Origin: a virus
Taxonomy: Duplodnaviria > Caudoviricetes
DNA length: 41,978 nucleotides
Reading direction: 5' to 3' (one strand)
IMG/VR virus record: IMGVR_UViG_3300043754_000009
Coordinates: 1-41,978 of that record
Every line of letters begins with the position of its first letter. Within the stretch, counting starts at the first letter, position 1. A program made the position numbers and the translations under genes. Shown one piece after another: positions 26,629 through 35,498 of the stretch. The notes under the pieces are model-generated. The model did no database searches, had not been told where the DNA came from, and saw only the letters and a list, made by a program, of their open reading frames with translations.

Positions 26629-27335
26629 GCTACGACTTATCAGAAGCATATAGAAAGCTCGCGTCGCTAATCCGCTTCGGCACCATCACGGGAATCGATG
26701 TATCTGACGCTACGCAGCCGCGCGTCACGTGCGACTGCGGTGGCCTAGAAACCGATTTGCTGCCGTGGCATGCAATGCGAGCGGGCGGGACGAAATACTG
26801 GTCAGCGCCAACGGTCGGCGAACAGGTCATCGTGTTCGCACCTGGTGGCGAAACCTCGCTCGGTTTTGTGCTCGGAGGCTTCTATTCGAGCGACAACCCT
26901 GCACCGTCAACCGATGTGAACGTTGATATGGTGCAGTACCCGGATGGCAGCACTGTTACGTACGACAGCAATACTCACGCGATGACCGTGAATGTGTCGA
27001 ACAACGGAAACGTTACGGTGAACGTCGCTGGTGGAACCGTCACGGTGAATTGTAAAGACGCCACCGTGAACGCCGACGATTCCGTAACACTGAACACGCC
27101 AAAAACGCACCTGACCGGCGACCTCACAGTGGACGGCAATGCGACGGTCACTAAAAACCTTGGCGTTACGGGCGCTATGGCCGTGCAAGGGCAGGGCTCG
27201 AGCGGAGCAGTTTCGACGTTTGCGGGTGCGATTCAAATCACTGGCGGCGATGTTACGGCTGATGGAATTGGCCTTAAGTCTCACCATCACACCGCGCAGG
27301 GTCAAACTGCTCCGACTACTGCCGCGCAGGCTTAA
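26625..27335 (+). CDS. Baseplate spike (P2 gpV-like)
   Basis: LIRFGTI, WSAPTVGEQV, beta-helix repeats and terminal HHH. Confidence 0.92.
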   Translation: MSYDLSEAYRKLASLIRFGTITGIDVSDATQPRVTCDCGGLETDLLPWHAMRAGGTKYWSAPTVGEQVIVFAPGGETSLGFVLGGFYSSDNPAPSTDVNVDMVQYPDGSTVTYDSNTHAMTVNVSNNGNVTVNVAGGTVTVNCKDATVNADDSVTLNTPKTHLTGDLTVDGNATVTKNLGVTGAMAVQGQGSSGAVSTFAGAIQITGGDVTADGIGLKSHHHTAQGQTAPTTAAQA

Positions 27336-27337
27336 TC

Positions 27338-27380
27338 GGAAAATCCACAAGAGGAAAGCAACCCTCTTGTGGACCACAAT
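27338..27380 (+). promoter_or_regulatory. Late promoter 4 (baseplate and fibre genes)
   Basis: GGAAAATCCACAAGAGGAA, an inverted copy CCTCTTGTGGA and CACAAT at the 30-bp offset. Confidence 0.7.
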
Positions 27381-27388
27381 AAACACAT

Positions 27389-27727
27389 ATGAACGGCACA
27401 AACGCATCCACGGGGCAACTGCTCACTGGCCTGGATTATCTCAGCCAGTCAATCACAAAAATCCTCACTACTCCAATCGGGAGTCGTGTGATGCGTCGCG
27501 ACTACGGAAGTAACCTTCCGTTTCTCGTTGATGCGCCGATGAACGCCGAATCGCTTGCCGATATTTATGCGGCAACCGCTGAAGCTATTCACAAATGGGA
27601 GACTGATTTTCAATTGCAGAAAGTCACGGCTACCAGCGCAGCGCAGGGGCAGGTGTCTATCGCCGTGAGCGGCGTTTACACCCCGAGTGGCGAAACTGTG
27701 TCAATTGAAGGGATTACGGTGACCTAA
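27389..27727 (+). CDS. Baseplate wedge protein (P2 gpW / T4 gp25-like)
   Basis: ILTTPIGSRVMRRDYGS motif. Confidence 0.92.
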   Translation: MNGTNASTGQLLTGLDYLSQSITKILTTPIGSRVMRRDYGSNLPFLVDAPMNAESLADIYAATAEAIHKWETDFQLQKVTATSAAQGQVSIAVSGVYTPSGETVSIEGITVT

Positions 27728-28632
27728 TGGCCGGAACTTATACAACTGTTAATCTTTCGCAACTGACAGCGCCGCAAGCCGTTGCTGCTCTAGATTTCGA
27801 AACTATTTTCAGCGCAATGCTCGCTGATTTTCAGTCGCGCATGACGGCCTCTGGCCAGACGTTTACCGCGCTGGTTGAGAGCGACCCCGCGTACATGATT
27901 CTGGAAGCCTGTGCCTATCGTGAGCTGCTCGTTAGACAGAGCGCGAATGAAGCCGTGCAAGCCGTCATGCTTGCTTACGCGACTGGCGCTGACCTCGACC
28001 AGATTGGCGCTAACTACAACGTTGCGCGCCTTGTTATTACGCCCGAGGATGACACGACCGTCCCGCCGACTCCGGCAGTTATGGAGACTGATGACGCCTA
28101 TCGCGCGCGTATTCCGTTGTCGCTCGAGAGCTACACGACAGCAGGCAGTTCTGCTAGCTACGTGTACCACGGCCTCTCAGCAGCGGGCACGATTGCAGAT
28201 ATCGCAGCAGTGTCCCCCTCCCCGGGGCAGGTGACGATTTACGTGCTCTCGAGCAACGCCGACGGCACTGCGAGCGAGACGGAACTTGAAGCCGTCACGA
28301 GCGCGCTTACTGCTGATACGGTTCGACCGATGACGGACCAAGTTACGGTGCAGAGCGCGAGCATTCTGCCGTACACAATCACTGCCAACCTTGTTCTGTT
28401 TGATGGCCCTGACGCATCTGTTGTGCAAGCTGCGGCGGTTGCTGCTGCTCAAGCGTATGCGGATTCTATTCACAAAATCGGCTACGACGTAGCGCTGTCG
28501 GGTATTTACAAAGCGCTCCATCAAGCGGGTGTTGATAACGTGCAGCTTACTGCTCCAGCAGCAGGTATTCCGTCAGCGACGGGCCAAGCGCCTTACTGCA
28601 CGGCAATTACGGTGACAACGTCCAGTGACTAG
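27727..28632 (+). CDS. Baseplate J protein
   Basis: ESDP, AYRELL, ETDDAYRAR, VRPMTD and QAPYCT motifs. Confidence 0.93.
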   Translation: MAGTYTTVNLSQLTAPQAVAALDFETIFSAMLADFQSRMTASGQTFTALVESDPAYMILEACAYRELLVRQSANEAVQAVMLAYATGADLDQIGANYNVARLVITPEDDTTVPPTPAVMETDDAYRARIPLSLESYTTAGSSASYVYHGLSAAGTIADIAAVSPSPGQVTIYVLSSNADGTASETELEAVTSALTADTVRPMTDQVTVQSASILPYTITANLVLFDGPDASVVQAAAVAAAQAYADSIHKIGYDVALSGIYKALHQAGVDNVQLTAPAAGIPSATGQAPYCTAITVTTSSD

Positions 28633-29227
28633 CATACTGCCACCTAACGCCACCACGCTTGAGACTGCGCTCGATGAATCTATCGACCGGATAAGCGCGG
28701 TACCCATTCCATGCCGAGATGTATGGAACGTATGGGCCTGCCCGACGCCTTTGCTTCCGTGGCTGGCATGGGCCTTCAGCGCTGACTTTTGGGACCCAAA
28801 TTGGACCGAGGACCAAAAGCGTAACGCGATATCTACGTCGATATCAGTTCAGCGCTACAAAGGGACCATCGGCGCAGTAAAAAATGCTCTCGACTCTCTC
28901 GGTTTCGACGTAACTATCGAAGAGTGGTGGCAGATGTCGCCTGCGGGCGCGCCGTACACGTTTAATGTTTTGATTGACAGTGGCCAGGTCGGTATTGACC
29001 AAACTGGCTACGATAAAATCATTTCATATATAAACATTGAAAAGAATCTGCGCTCGCACTTACTTGCGATGAAGCCGAGCGTCACTTCTCAAGTCAACCC
29101 CGTAATTGCTGGTGGCTTGACAATTGGAAATGAAATCACGATTAGCGCCGGTGAATCAGGCTTCCTCGTGCTTGACGGCTCGTGGGCGCTCGATGGCTCG
29201 CAAACCCTTAACGGAATTAGAGTATGA
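28625..29227 (+). CDS. Tail protein I (P2 gpI-like)
   Basis: LPPNAT, CP..LLPWLAW, KGTIGAV and EWWQ motifs. Confidence 0.92.
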   Translation: MTSILPPNATTLETALDESIDRISAVPIPCRDVWNVWACPTPLLPWLAWAFSADFWDPNWTEDQKRNAISTSISVQRYKGTIGAVKNALDSLGFDVTIEEWWQMSPAGAPYTFNVLIDSGQVGIDQTGYDKIISYINIEKNLRSHLLAMKPSVTSQVNPVIAGGLTIGNEITISAGESGFLVLDGSWALDGSQTLNGIRV

Positions 29228-31140
29228 CGAATTTAACAGCCGCAGCTACCCCGGGCTGGGACGACGTTCCTGAGCTTGAAAAAACGACCATCGCATTGGC
29301 GGGGCCGGGCGCACCCATGAATGCGCAGGCTCAAGCATTGCTGAATCGCACTGAAAACCTGAAGGCCACAACCACCGCCTTGGGTTCGTTTACGCAGACC
29401 GGAACCGGAGCGGTGGCACGAACGCTCACGTCCAAACTGGCGGACATCATCGACGTTCGGGATTTCGGCGCTGTAGGCGATGGCGTAACGGACGACACGA
29501 CTGCAATTACGAATGCTATTGCAGCTGCGACGGCTGCAAATGCGCGTCTGGTGCTGCCGGTTCCGCCGCATTCTTTCCGCGTCACTAATACCGTCAACTT
29601 CCGCAACCTGACGGTGGATGGTGCTGGCTCAACTATTTATGTCGATACCGTCAACATCGGTGTAATTATTGGTGGAACGGCAACGAGCTATCTGAACCCT
29701 GACCAGAACATTGGCAGCGTTTACCGCAACACGAGCCTCGCGCAGACGAATCCGTCGCTGCGTGTAATCGGTGCCAAGGACCAGCGCATCACGGTTCGGT
29801 ACGTCGATTACATGCAGATTTGGGCGGACATGACCAACACGGCGGATGGTTCGTCGGCATACTCGACGTTCAACATCTTGTATGCGGCTAGGCTCGACCT
29901 GACTGCTGGACCTACTCCGGGTTGGATTAACGAAAATACTTTTCACATGAACCGGTGTCTCCAGCTGAACATCTTCGGCACGAGCACGTACTGGTTCGAC
30001 CACAACCGTTTCCATGGTGGCACGTTCGAAAATACGTCGTCGATTTCCATGGACTACGCGAACGATAACAAGTTCTGGGCCATGCGTTTCGAGCTGGGCC
30101 CGACGACGATAACGTTCGGTGCGAATGCTGACCGTAACACCATCATCAAAACGTTCGCAGCTGGCGAGTACTCGGGCGGACCGAATGCGCCGCTCATCAA
30201 CGGAACCATCACGAACAACGGTGGACCGGGCAACTGCGTGCTGAATGAACAGCAGACGCTGCGGGAATCAGTTGTCGTTGCTGAAGCGGATACGAGCGAC
30301 ATCGTGTTGAACAACACGGATGCATCGATGTTGCCGGAATATAACCGGTCACCAGCGCTGCAAGCCGTTACCGGCAACTCGGGTAACCAGCATCTCTGTA
30401 TGTCGGATTACCTCGCGGCACACGTGAACGATTATTTTTCGTACTGCTGGGAAGGCGCGAACTCTGGGGACTCTCCGCTCTATCGTGCGGCAATCCTTTT
30501 TTACGACGCGAACTACCAGCCGGTTACTCCGCTCCAGACTTGGGTGACAGCGACGAGCGTGCCTTATGTTGTATCGAATTCGCTTCTCTCGGCAAACGGT
30601 TCGGCAACTGGCGTGTGGATGCGACTCCAGCAAGCCGCCATTACAGCTGGTGTGGCATTCATCCGTGTAGCGATTGATGCATCGAACGGCCAGCTGCCGT
30701 CCGCCCTCGCGCGTCGCTTGTATGTCACGCTGTTTTCGCTAAACGCGACCTCGAACCGCGCAGACAACGCGCCAAGCAAATCGCCACGGAGCCGCACTTA
30801 TACCGTGTCTGCTATGCCGACTAAGGGCTATGCGCCGCTCGGATTCTCGTGCGTTAAAAACGATTTCACGGCTCGCTATCACTGCACGAGCTCGTCCGAA
30901 ACGACGTTGTCTGCTGCCGCAGCGGCTGCCGCTACGACCATCACGGTGACGAGCGCAACGGGTTTCGCTGCGGGCGATGTTGTCGGTATCAACCAGGACG
31001 ACCGTAGCACGTTCTGGACGACTGTCTCGTCTGTCTCGGGGACGACTATCACGTTGGCTGCCGGTGTAACGACAACTTCAGTCGTTGGAAGCCGGGTAGT
31101 ACGGAATCACTGGAAAACTGAAACTCTCACGGTCGCGTAA
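29224..31140 (+). CDS. Tailspike / putative polysaccharide depolymerase (beta-helix)
   Basis: N-terminal anchor NAQAQALLNRT, then VRDFGAVGDGVTDDT and an Asn/Thr-rich body. Confidence 0.8.
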   Translation: MTNLTAAATPGWDDVPELEKTTIALAGPGAPMNAQAQALLNRTENLKATTTALGSFTQTGTGAVARTLTSKLADIIDVRDFGAVGDGVTDDTTAITNAIAAATAANARLVLPVPPHSFRVTNTVNFRNLTVDGAGSTIYVDTVNIGVIIGGTATSYLNPDQNIGSVYRNTSLAQTNPSLRVIGAKDQRITVRYVDYMQIWADMTNTADGSSAYSTFNILYAARLDLTAGPTPGWINENTFHMNRCLQLNIFGTSTYWFDHNRFHGGTFENTSSISMDYANDNKFWAMRFELGPTTITFGANADRNTIIKTFAAGEYSGGPNAPLINGTITNNGGPGNCVLNEQQTLRESVVVAEADTSDIVLNNTDASMLPEYNRSPALQAVTGNSGNQHLCMSDYLAAHVNDYFSYCWEGANSGDSPLYRAAILFYDANYQPVTPLQTWVTATSVPYVVSNSLLSANGSATGVWMRLQQAAITAGVAFIRVAIDASNGQLPSALARRLYVTLFSLNATSNRADNAPSKSPRSRTYTVSAMPTKGYAPLGFSCVKNDFTARYHCTSSSETTLSAAAAAAATTITVTSATGFAAGDVVGINQDDRSTFWTTVSSVSGTTITLAAGVTTTSVVGSRVVRNHWKTETLTVA

Positions 31141-31142
31141 AT

Positions 31143-32510
31143 ATGACTTTTCAAACTATTCTCACTAACGTAGGCCTGCGCGAGATGGCGCAGGCTGACG
31201 TAACCGGCTCGTCAATTAACATCGTGGCCGTATCCGTCGGTGACGGCGGTGGCAACCCGACGACGCCGAGCCAGTCGCAGACTCAGCTCGTGCGTGAGGT
31301 TTTTCGTACTGCGCCAAATCGCGTGTATCAAGACCCGAACAACGCGATGCAGTTCATCATTGAAATGCTAATCCCGGCCGCGCAGGGCGGGTTTACAATT
31401 CAGGAAATCGGCGCTTGGGACGCGAACGGCAATCTGTTCGCCGTTGCAAATACTCCGGCTGTGTATAAGCCGGTCGGCGACGGCAGCGAAGGCTCGTACG
31501 GCGATACCACGATTCGCATGCAGTTTCTGGTCACGAACGCGAGCGTTGTGACGCTGCAAGTTGACCCGAACGTTGCAATTGCTACGCAGTCGTGGATTTC
31601 GAACACCATCACGTTGCCGTACCTGCTGCCGGGCGGAACGACTGGCCAGATTCTGGCCAAGAAATCCAACTCGGCTGGCGACGTGGTATGGCAAGACCCG
31701 ACTGTCGCGAACATCAGCGTCAGCACGTACGACGAAGTTCAGACGCTCGCTGCTAGCCAGACGGCCGTTACTCTGACTAAATGCACGACCAACGGGTTGG
31801 CGGTCTATATCAACGGCCTCCGCTTGCTCCCGACTGATTGGACGGCGAGCACTTCTAACGATACGCAGCTGACGCTCGCTGTTTCGTATGCAGCTGGAAC
31901 GGTCATCCATTTCGTTCAGAACGAACCGGCTGCAATGGTTCCGGACCCGCTGCTTGCCCATAACAATCTGGCTGACGTCGCGAGCGCTTCTACCGCGCGC
32001 ACTAACTTGGGCGTGGACAGCAAGACGAACACCGACATGCACGCACCTCCCGGCATGGTGGCGTTCTTCGGAGGCCCGGCCGTGCCTAACGGCTGGATGA
32101 AATGCAACGGCGCAGCTGTAAGCCGCACCGCATACGCAGCACTGTTTGCTCAAATCGGCGTGCTATACGGAGCAGGTGACGGGCTGACTACGTTCCTTCT
32201 TCCTGACATGCGCGGACAGTTCATTCGGGGCTTCGATGATTCGCGTGGCGTTGACGTTGGTCGTACGCTGGGAAGCTGGCAGGACAGCGCGAACCTCGCG
32301 CACACGCACGCCATTAATGACCCGGGCCACCAGCACCAGTACACGCGCATGGCCAGTATGTCGCTGCTGTCCGGTAACACTGCTGATGGCTGGATTGGAA
32401 CGTCTACCGGGCTGACGTCCACCTCGCAGACCGGTATCACTATACAGAGCACGGGCGGCTCCGAATCCCGACCTAAAAATCTTGCAATGCTCCCTTGCAT
32501 TAAATATTGA
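31143..32510 (+). CDS. Tail fibre (P2 gpH-like N-terminus, collar domain)
   Basis: VGDGGG and GGFTIQEIG; collar motif GWMKCNG...PDMRGQFIRG; HxH pairs; ESRPKN. Confidence 0.9.
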   Translation: MTFQTILTNVGLREMAQADVTGSSINIVAVSVGDGGGNPTTPSQSQTQLVREVFRTAPNRVYQDPNNAMQFIIEMLIPAAQGGFTIQEIGAWDANGNLFAVANTPAVYKPVGDGSEGSYGDTTIRMQFLVTNASVVTLQVDPNVAIATQSWISNTITLPYLLPGGTTGQILAKKSNSAGDVVWQDPTVANISVSTYDEVQTLAASQTAVTLTKCTTNGLAVYINGLRLLPTDWTASTSNDTQLTLAVSYAAGTVIHFVQNEPAAMVPDPLLAHNNLADVASASTARTNLGVDSKTNTDMHAPPGMVAFFGGPAVPNGWMKCNGAAVSRTAYAALFAQIGVLYGAGDGLTTFLLPDMRGQFIRGFDDSRGVDVGRTLGSWQDSANLAHTHAINDPGHQHQYTRMASMSLLSGNTADGWIGTSTGLTSTSQTGITIQSTGGSESRPKNLAMLPCIKY

Positions 32511-32812
32511 AAATGACTTCTAAAATTGTTTTTCAAACTGACCGCGCGGGGATGCTCATCGGCGAAACCGAGGCCGATGAGAGTCCTCTCGAGCCTGGTG
32601 TGTGGCACTTGCCGCGCTACGCTGTCGAGACTTCGCCGCCTACCGAATGGCCGAACGACAAATGGCCGAGGTGGAATGGTTCTTCGTGGGATTTAGTGAC
32701 TAGGCCTACGCCAACAGAGGTCGAGGCTGACGATGACCCTGTGTCTAAGCTTCGGGCGTTTCTAGCGGCAAATCCTGATGTTGCTGCTGTTCTGAATCAA
32801 GGGAACGTCTAA
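32507..32812 (+). CDS. Tail fibre assembly protein
   Basis: ADESPLEPGVW...W.G..W motif, directly after the fibre gene. Confidence 0.8.
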   Translation: MKMTSKIVFQTDRAGMLIGETEADESPLEPGVWHLPRYAVETSPPTEWPNDKWPRWNGSSWDLVTRPTPTEVEADDDPVSKLRAFLAANPDVAAVLNQGNV

Positions 32813-32835
32813 CTGGTTTTGCTGTGCCCCTGTTT

Positions 32836-32861
32836 GGTCGCCCTTCGGGGCGGCCCTTTTT
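32836..32861 (+). terminator. Rho-independent terminator
   Basis: GGTCGCCC-TTCG-GGGCGGCC plus T-tract. Confidence 0.8.
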
Positions 32862-32865
32862 CCCC

Positions 32866-32908
32866 GGAAATTCCACAAAAGGATTTGAAAGTCCTCCGTG
32901 GCTACACT
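32866..32908 (+). promoter_or_regulatory. Late promoter 5 (sheath/tube operon)
   Basis: GGAAATTCCACAAAAGGA with TACACT at the 30-bp offset, immediately after a terminator. Confidence 0.75.
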
Positions 32909-32952
32909 TTCTATTATCAATTCAGCTCTGCCTTTAAAGGATTTAACACCCC

Positions 32953-34416
32953 ATGAGCGATACATTTCTCCACGGCGCGGAGGTAGTAAACGGCGGGACG
33001 TCGGCTAATCCCGTCACGACCGTTGCCACGTCTATCATCGGCATCGTCGGCACTGCGCCGAATGCTGACGCGTCTGTATTTCCGCTGAACACGCCGGTTC
33101 TCATCGCTGGAAGTAAGGCGATGGCTGCTAAGCTGGACACGACCGTTACCGACATCACCAGCGGAGAAGGCACGCTGCCGGACGCTCTGGATTCCATCCT
33201 GAAGCAAGCTGGCGCAGTTGTCATCGTTGTGCGCGTTGAGCAAGGCACGACCGACGACGAAACCCTCGCGAACGTGCTGGGCGGCGTTGACGCTAACACC
33301 GGCCAATACCTAGGCCTGCAAGCGTTCGTGTCGGCTCAGTCGATTACCGGCTTCACGCCGCGCATTCTGATTGCGCCAGGCTTCACGCAAACGCGCGTGA
33401 CGGGCGGCGTCATCGCGGTGAATGTTCCGGTTAAGGGCGCAGGTTACACCGACGGTACCTATACCCTCGTTGCGACGAACGGAACAGGCGACGTCACTGG
33501 TAGCGGCGTGGTTGCTACGGCGACCGTGTTGAACGGCGGAGTTACCGGTGTTGCAATTTCCAACTCGGGCAGCAAATATACGGTCGCGCCTACGTTTGCA
33601 ATGCCTGCTTCTGCTGGTACGCCGACGACTGCGGCTACGTTGTCCGCGACCATCGGTACCGCTGGCAATGCTGTCGTGCAAGACCTGCTAGTCGTTGCGA
33701 ACCGCATTCGCGCAATCATCGTGCAAGACGGTCCGAACACGAACGACGCCGACGCTATCGCTGTGGTCGGCGATACTGCGAACGACCGCGTTTACCTGGT
33801 TGACCCTGAGTGTGTCAAGACGAACGCCTCTGGCAATCTGATTACGTCGTACAGCAGCGCGTACGTGGCAGGCCTCATCGCCTACAACGACAACGCGAAT
33901 GGTTGGTGGTCTTCGCCGTCGAACCAGCAGCTGACGGGCGTCCAGGCAACGAGCCGCGCAATCGACTTCAAAATGGGCGACTACTCGAGCCGCGCGAACT
34001 TGCTGAACGCGTCGTATGTGGCGACCATCATTCGTCAGTCTGGTTTCCGCCTCTGGGGTAACCGTGCAACGTCCGGCAAGTTCCTTTGCGTGACGCGCGT
34101 GAACGACATCATCAATGACTCGCTGCAAGAAGCAATTCTGTGGGCGGTTGACCGTGGCATCACGAAAAACTACGTGACGGAAGTCATTGAGTACGTGAAC
34201 GCTGACCTGCGTGACCTGACGACTGAAGGCGCGATTTTGGGCGGGACGTGCTGGGCTGACCCGGACCTGAATTCGAACGCGAACATCGATAACGGGCACA
34301 TTTATTTCAACTTTAAATGGACCCCGACGTACCCTGCGGAGCACATCACGTTCACGTCGTACATCGTTGACGACTACATCCAGTCTGTTTTTGATGGCCT
34401 GACAACCCCTAACTAA
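32953..34416 (+). CDS. Tail sheath protein with an inserted beta-rich domain
   Basis: FLHGAEV, FPLNTPVL, PRILIAPGF, WWSSPSN and GFRLWGNR motifs. Confidence 0.93.
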   Translation: MSDTFLHGAEVVNGGTSANPVTTVATSIIGIVGTAPNADASVFPLNTPVLIAGSKAMAAKLDTTVTDITSGEGTLPDALDSILKQAGAVVIVVRVEQGTTDDETLANVLGGVDANTGQYLGLQAFVSAQSITGFTPRILIAPGFTQTRVTGGVIAVNVPVKGAGYTDGTYTLVATNGTGDVTGSGVVATATVLNGGVTGVAISNSGSKYTVAPTFAMPASAGTPTTAATLSATIGTAGNAVVQDLLVVANRIRAIIVQDGPNTNDADAIAVVGDTANDRVYLVDPECVKTNASGNLITSYSSAYVAGLIAYNDNANGWWSSPSNQQLTGVQATSRAIDFKMGDYSSRANLLNASYVATIIRQSGFRLWGNRATSGKFLCVTRVNDIINDSLQEAILWAVDRGITKNYVTEVIEYVNADLRDLTTEGAILGGTCWADPDLNSNANIDNGHIYFNFKWTPTYPAEHITFTSYIVDDYIQSVFDGLTTPN

Positions 34417-34502
34417 GCCGAATAAAAAGGCTTTCTAAACTAATCGCATACGTGCAGGCATGACCTGCCTGCACGACTCAACAGCGAACTGGAGATGCAA
34501 AG

Positions 34503-35009
34503 ATGGCAGCACGTGACGTACTAAAAAATCTGACGTTGTGGGTTGACGGCCGTGGAATGGCCGGTCAAGTCCAAGACGTGAACCCTCCGAAGTTGGTTCA
34601 AAAACTTGAAGAATTTATGGGCGGCGGCATGGTCGCTCCTGTGGCGGTGACCGTGGGAATGGAGCGTATGACGTGCGATTTCTCGCTCATCGCCTACGAC
34701 CCGGACGTTCTCGCATTGTTCGGCATTGTGGAAGGCGCAAGCACGCCGCTAACGATTCGTGGTGCTCTTGAATCGTACGACGGCACAGTGACGCCGGTCG
34801 TCATGAACCTTCGCGGCAAGGTTACTGAGCAGGACCCGGGCAACTGGAAGCCGGGCACCGTTCCTTACCTCAAGACGTCGATGGAACTGAACTACTACAA
34901 GCTGACGCACGGCAGCACAGTGGTGCAGGAAATCGATGTTGAAAATATGATTTGCAACATCAACGGCACCGATACGCTGACGGCTATGCGTACGGCGCTG
35001 GGTCTGTAA
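34503..35009 (+). CDS. Tail tube protein (P2 FII-like)
   Basis: PPKL...GGGM and YYKL...EIDVENMI...GTD motifs. Confidence 0.93.
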   Translation: MAARDVLKNLTLWVDGRGMAGQVQDVNPPKLVQKLEEFMGGGMVAPVAVTVGMERMTCDFSLIAYDPDVLALFGIVEGASTPLTIRGALESYDGTVTPVVMNLRGKVTEQDPGNWKPGTVPYLKTSMELNYYKLTHGSTVVQEIDVENMICNINGTDTLTAMRTALGL

Positions 35010-35064
35010 CTAGCAACACACGGGCGGCATAGTCCGCCCGTTCTATAAATACATTTCACAACAG

Positions 35065-35361
35065 GTGGCAATAATGGCAGACAAGAAGCAAGACTGGATG
35101 AAGGTCAGCGACAACGGCGAGGTTACGGTAACCCTGACGAAGCCCTTTGAAATTAACGGCGCGAAAATTGGTTATATCGTGATGCGTGAGCCGATGGTCG
35201 AGGACCACGTAATCAGCAATGAAACGCGCGGCAACGAACTGGCGAAGGAAATCGCTCTGTTCTCGAACCTGTGCACTGTCTCACCCGCAGATTTGCGCAA
35301 GTTGCCCATGCGCGACTACATGCGACTTCAAACGGCGTATGGTGCAAATTTTTTCGACTAA
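35065..35361 (+). CDS. Tail assembly chaperone (P2 gpE-like)
   Basis: LTKP...MREP...D...L..RDY motif; lies between tube and tape measure genes. Confidence 0.85.
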   Translation: MAIMADKKQDWMKVSDNGEVTVTLTKPFEINGAKIGYIVMREPMVEDHVISNETRGNELAKEIALFSNLCTVSPADLRKLPMRDYMRLQTAYGANFFD

Positions 35362-35492
35362 GCGCTGAGTATATCCGCGACAGCGTTATGAGCCTCGCCA
35401 GCCACACCGGCTGGTCTGAGGCCGAAATACTCGGCATGAAAGAATCCCGATTTACGTACTGGCTGGAAGGTATCCCCGGCGAATCAACTTAA
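35346..35492 (+). CDS. -1 frameshift extension of the chaperone (E+E')
   Basis: Slippery AAATTTTTTC at 35346-35355; the -1 frame encodes ASHTGWSEAEILGM...YW. Confidence 0.8.
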   Translation, partial: KFFRLSAEYIRDSVMSLASHTGWSEAEILGMKESRFTYWLEGIPGEST

Positions 35493-35498
35493 CTTCCT

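Noticed and set aside
29224-32812. Diversity-generating retroelement or invertible fibre cassette
   Set aside because: No reverse transcriptase, invertase or duplicated fibre-tip template is visible.
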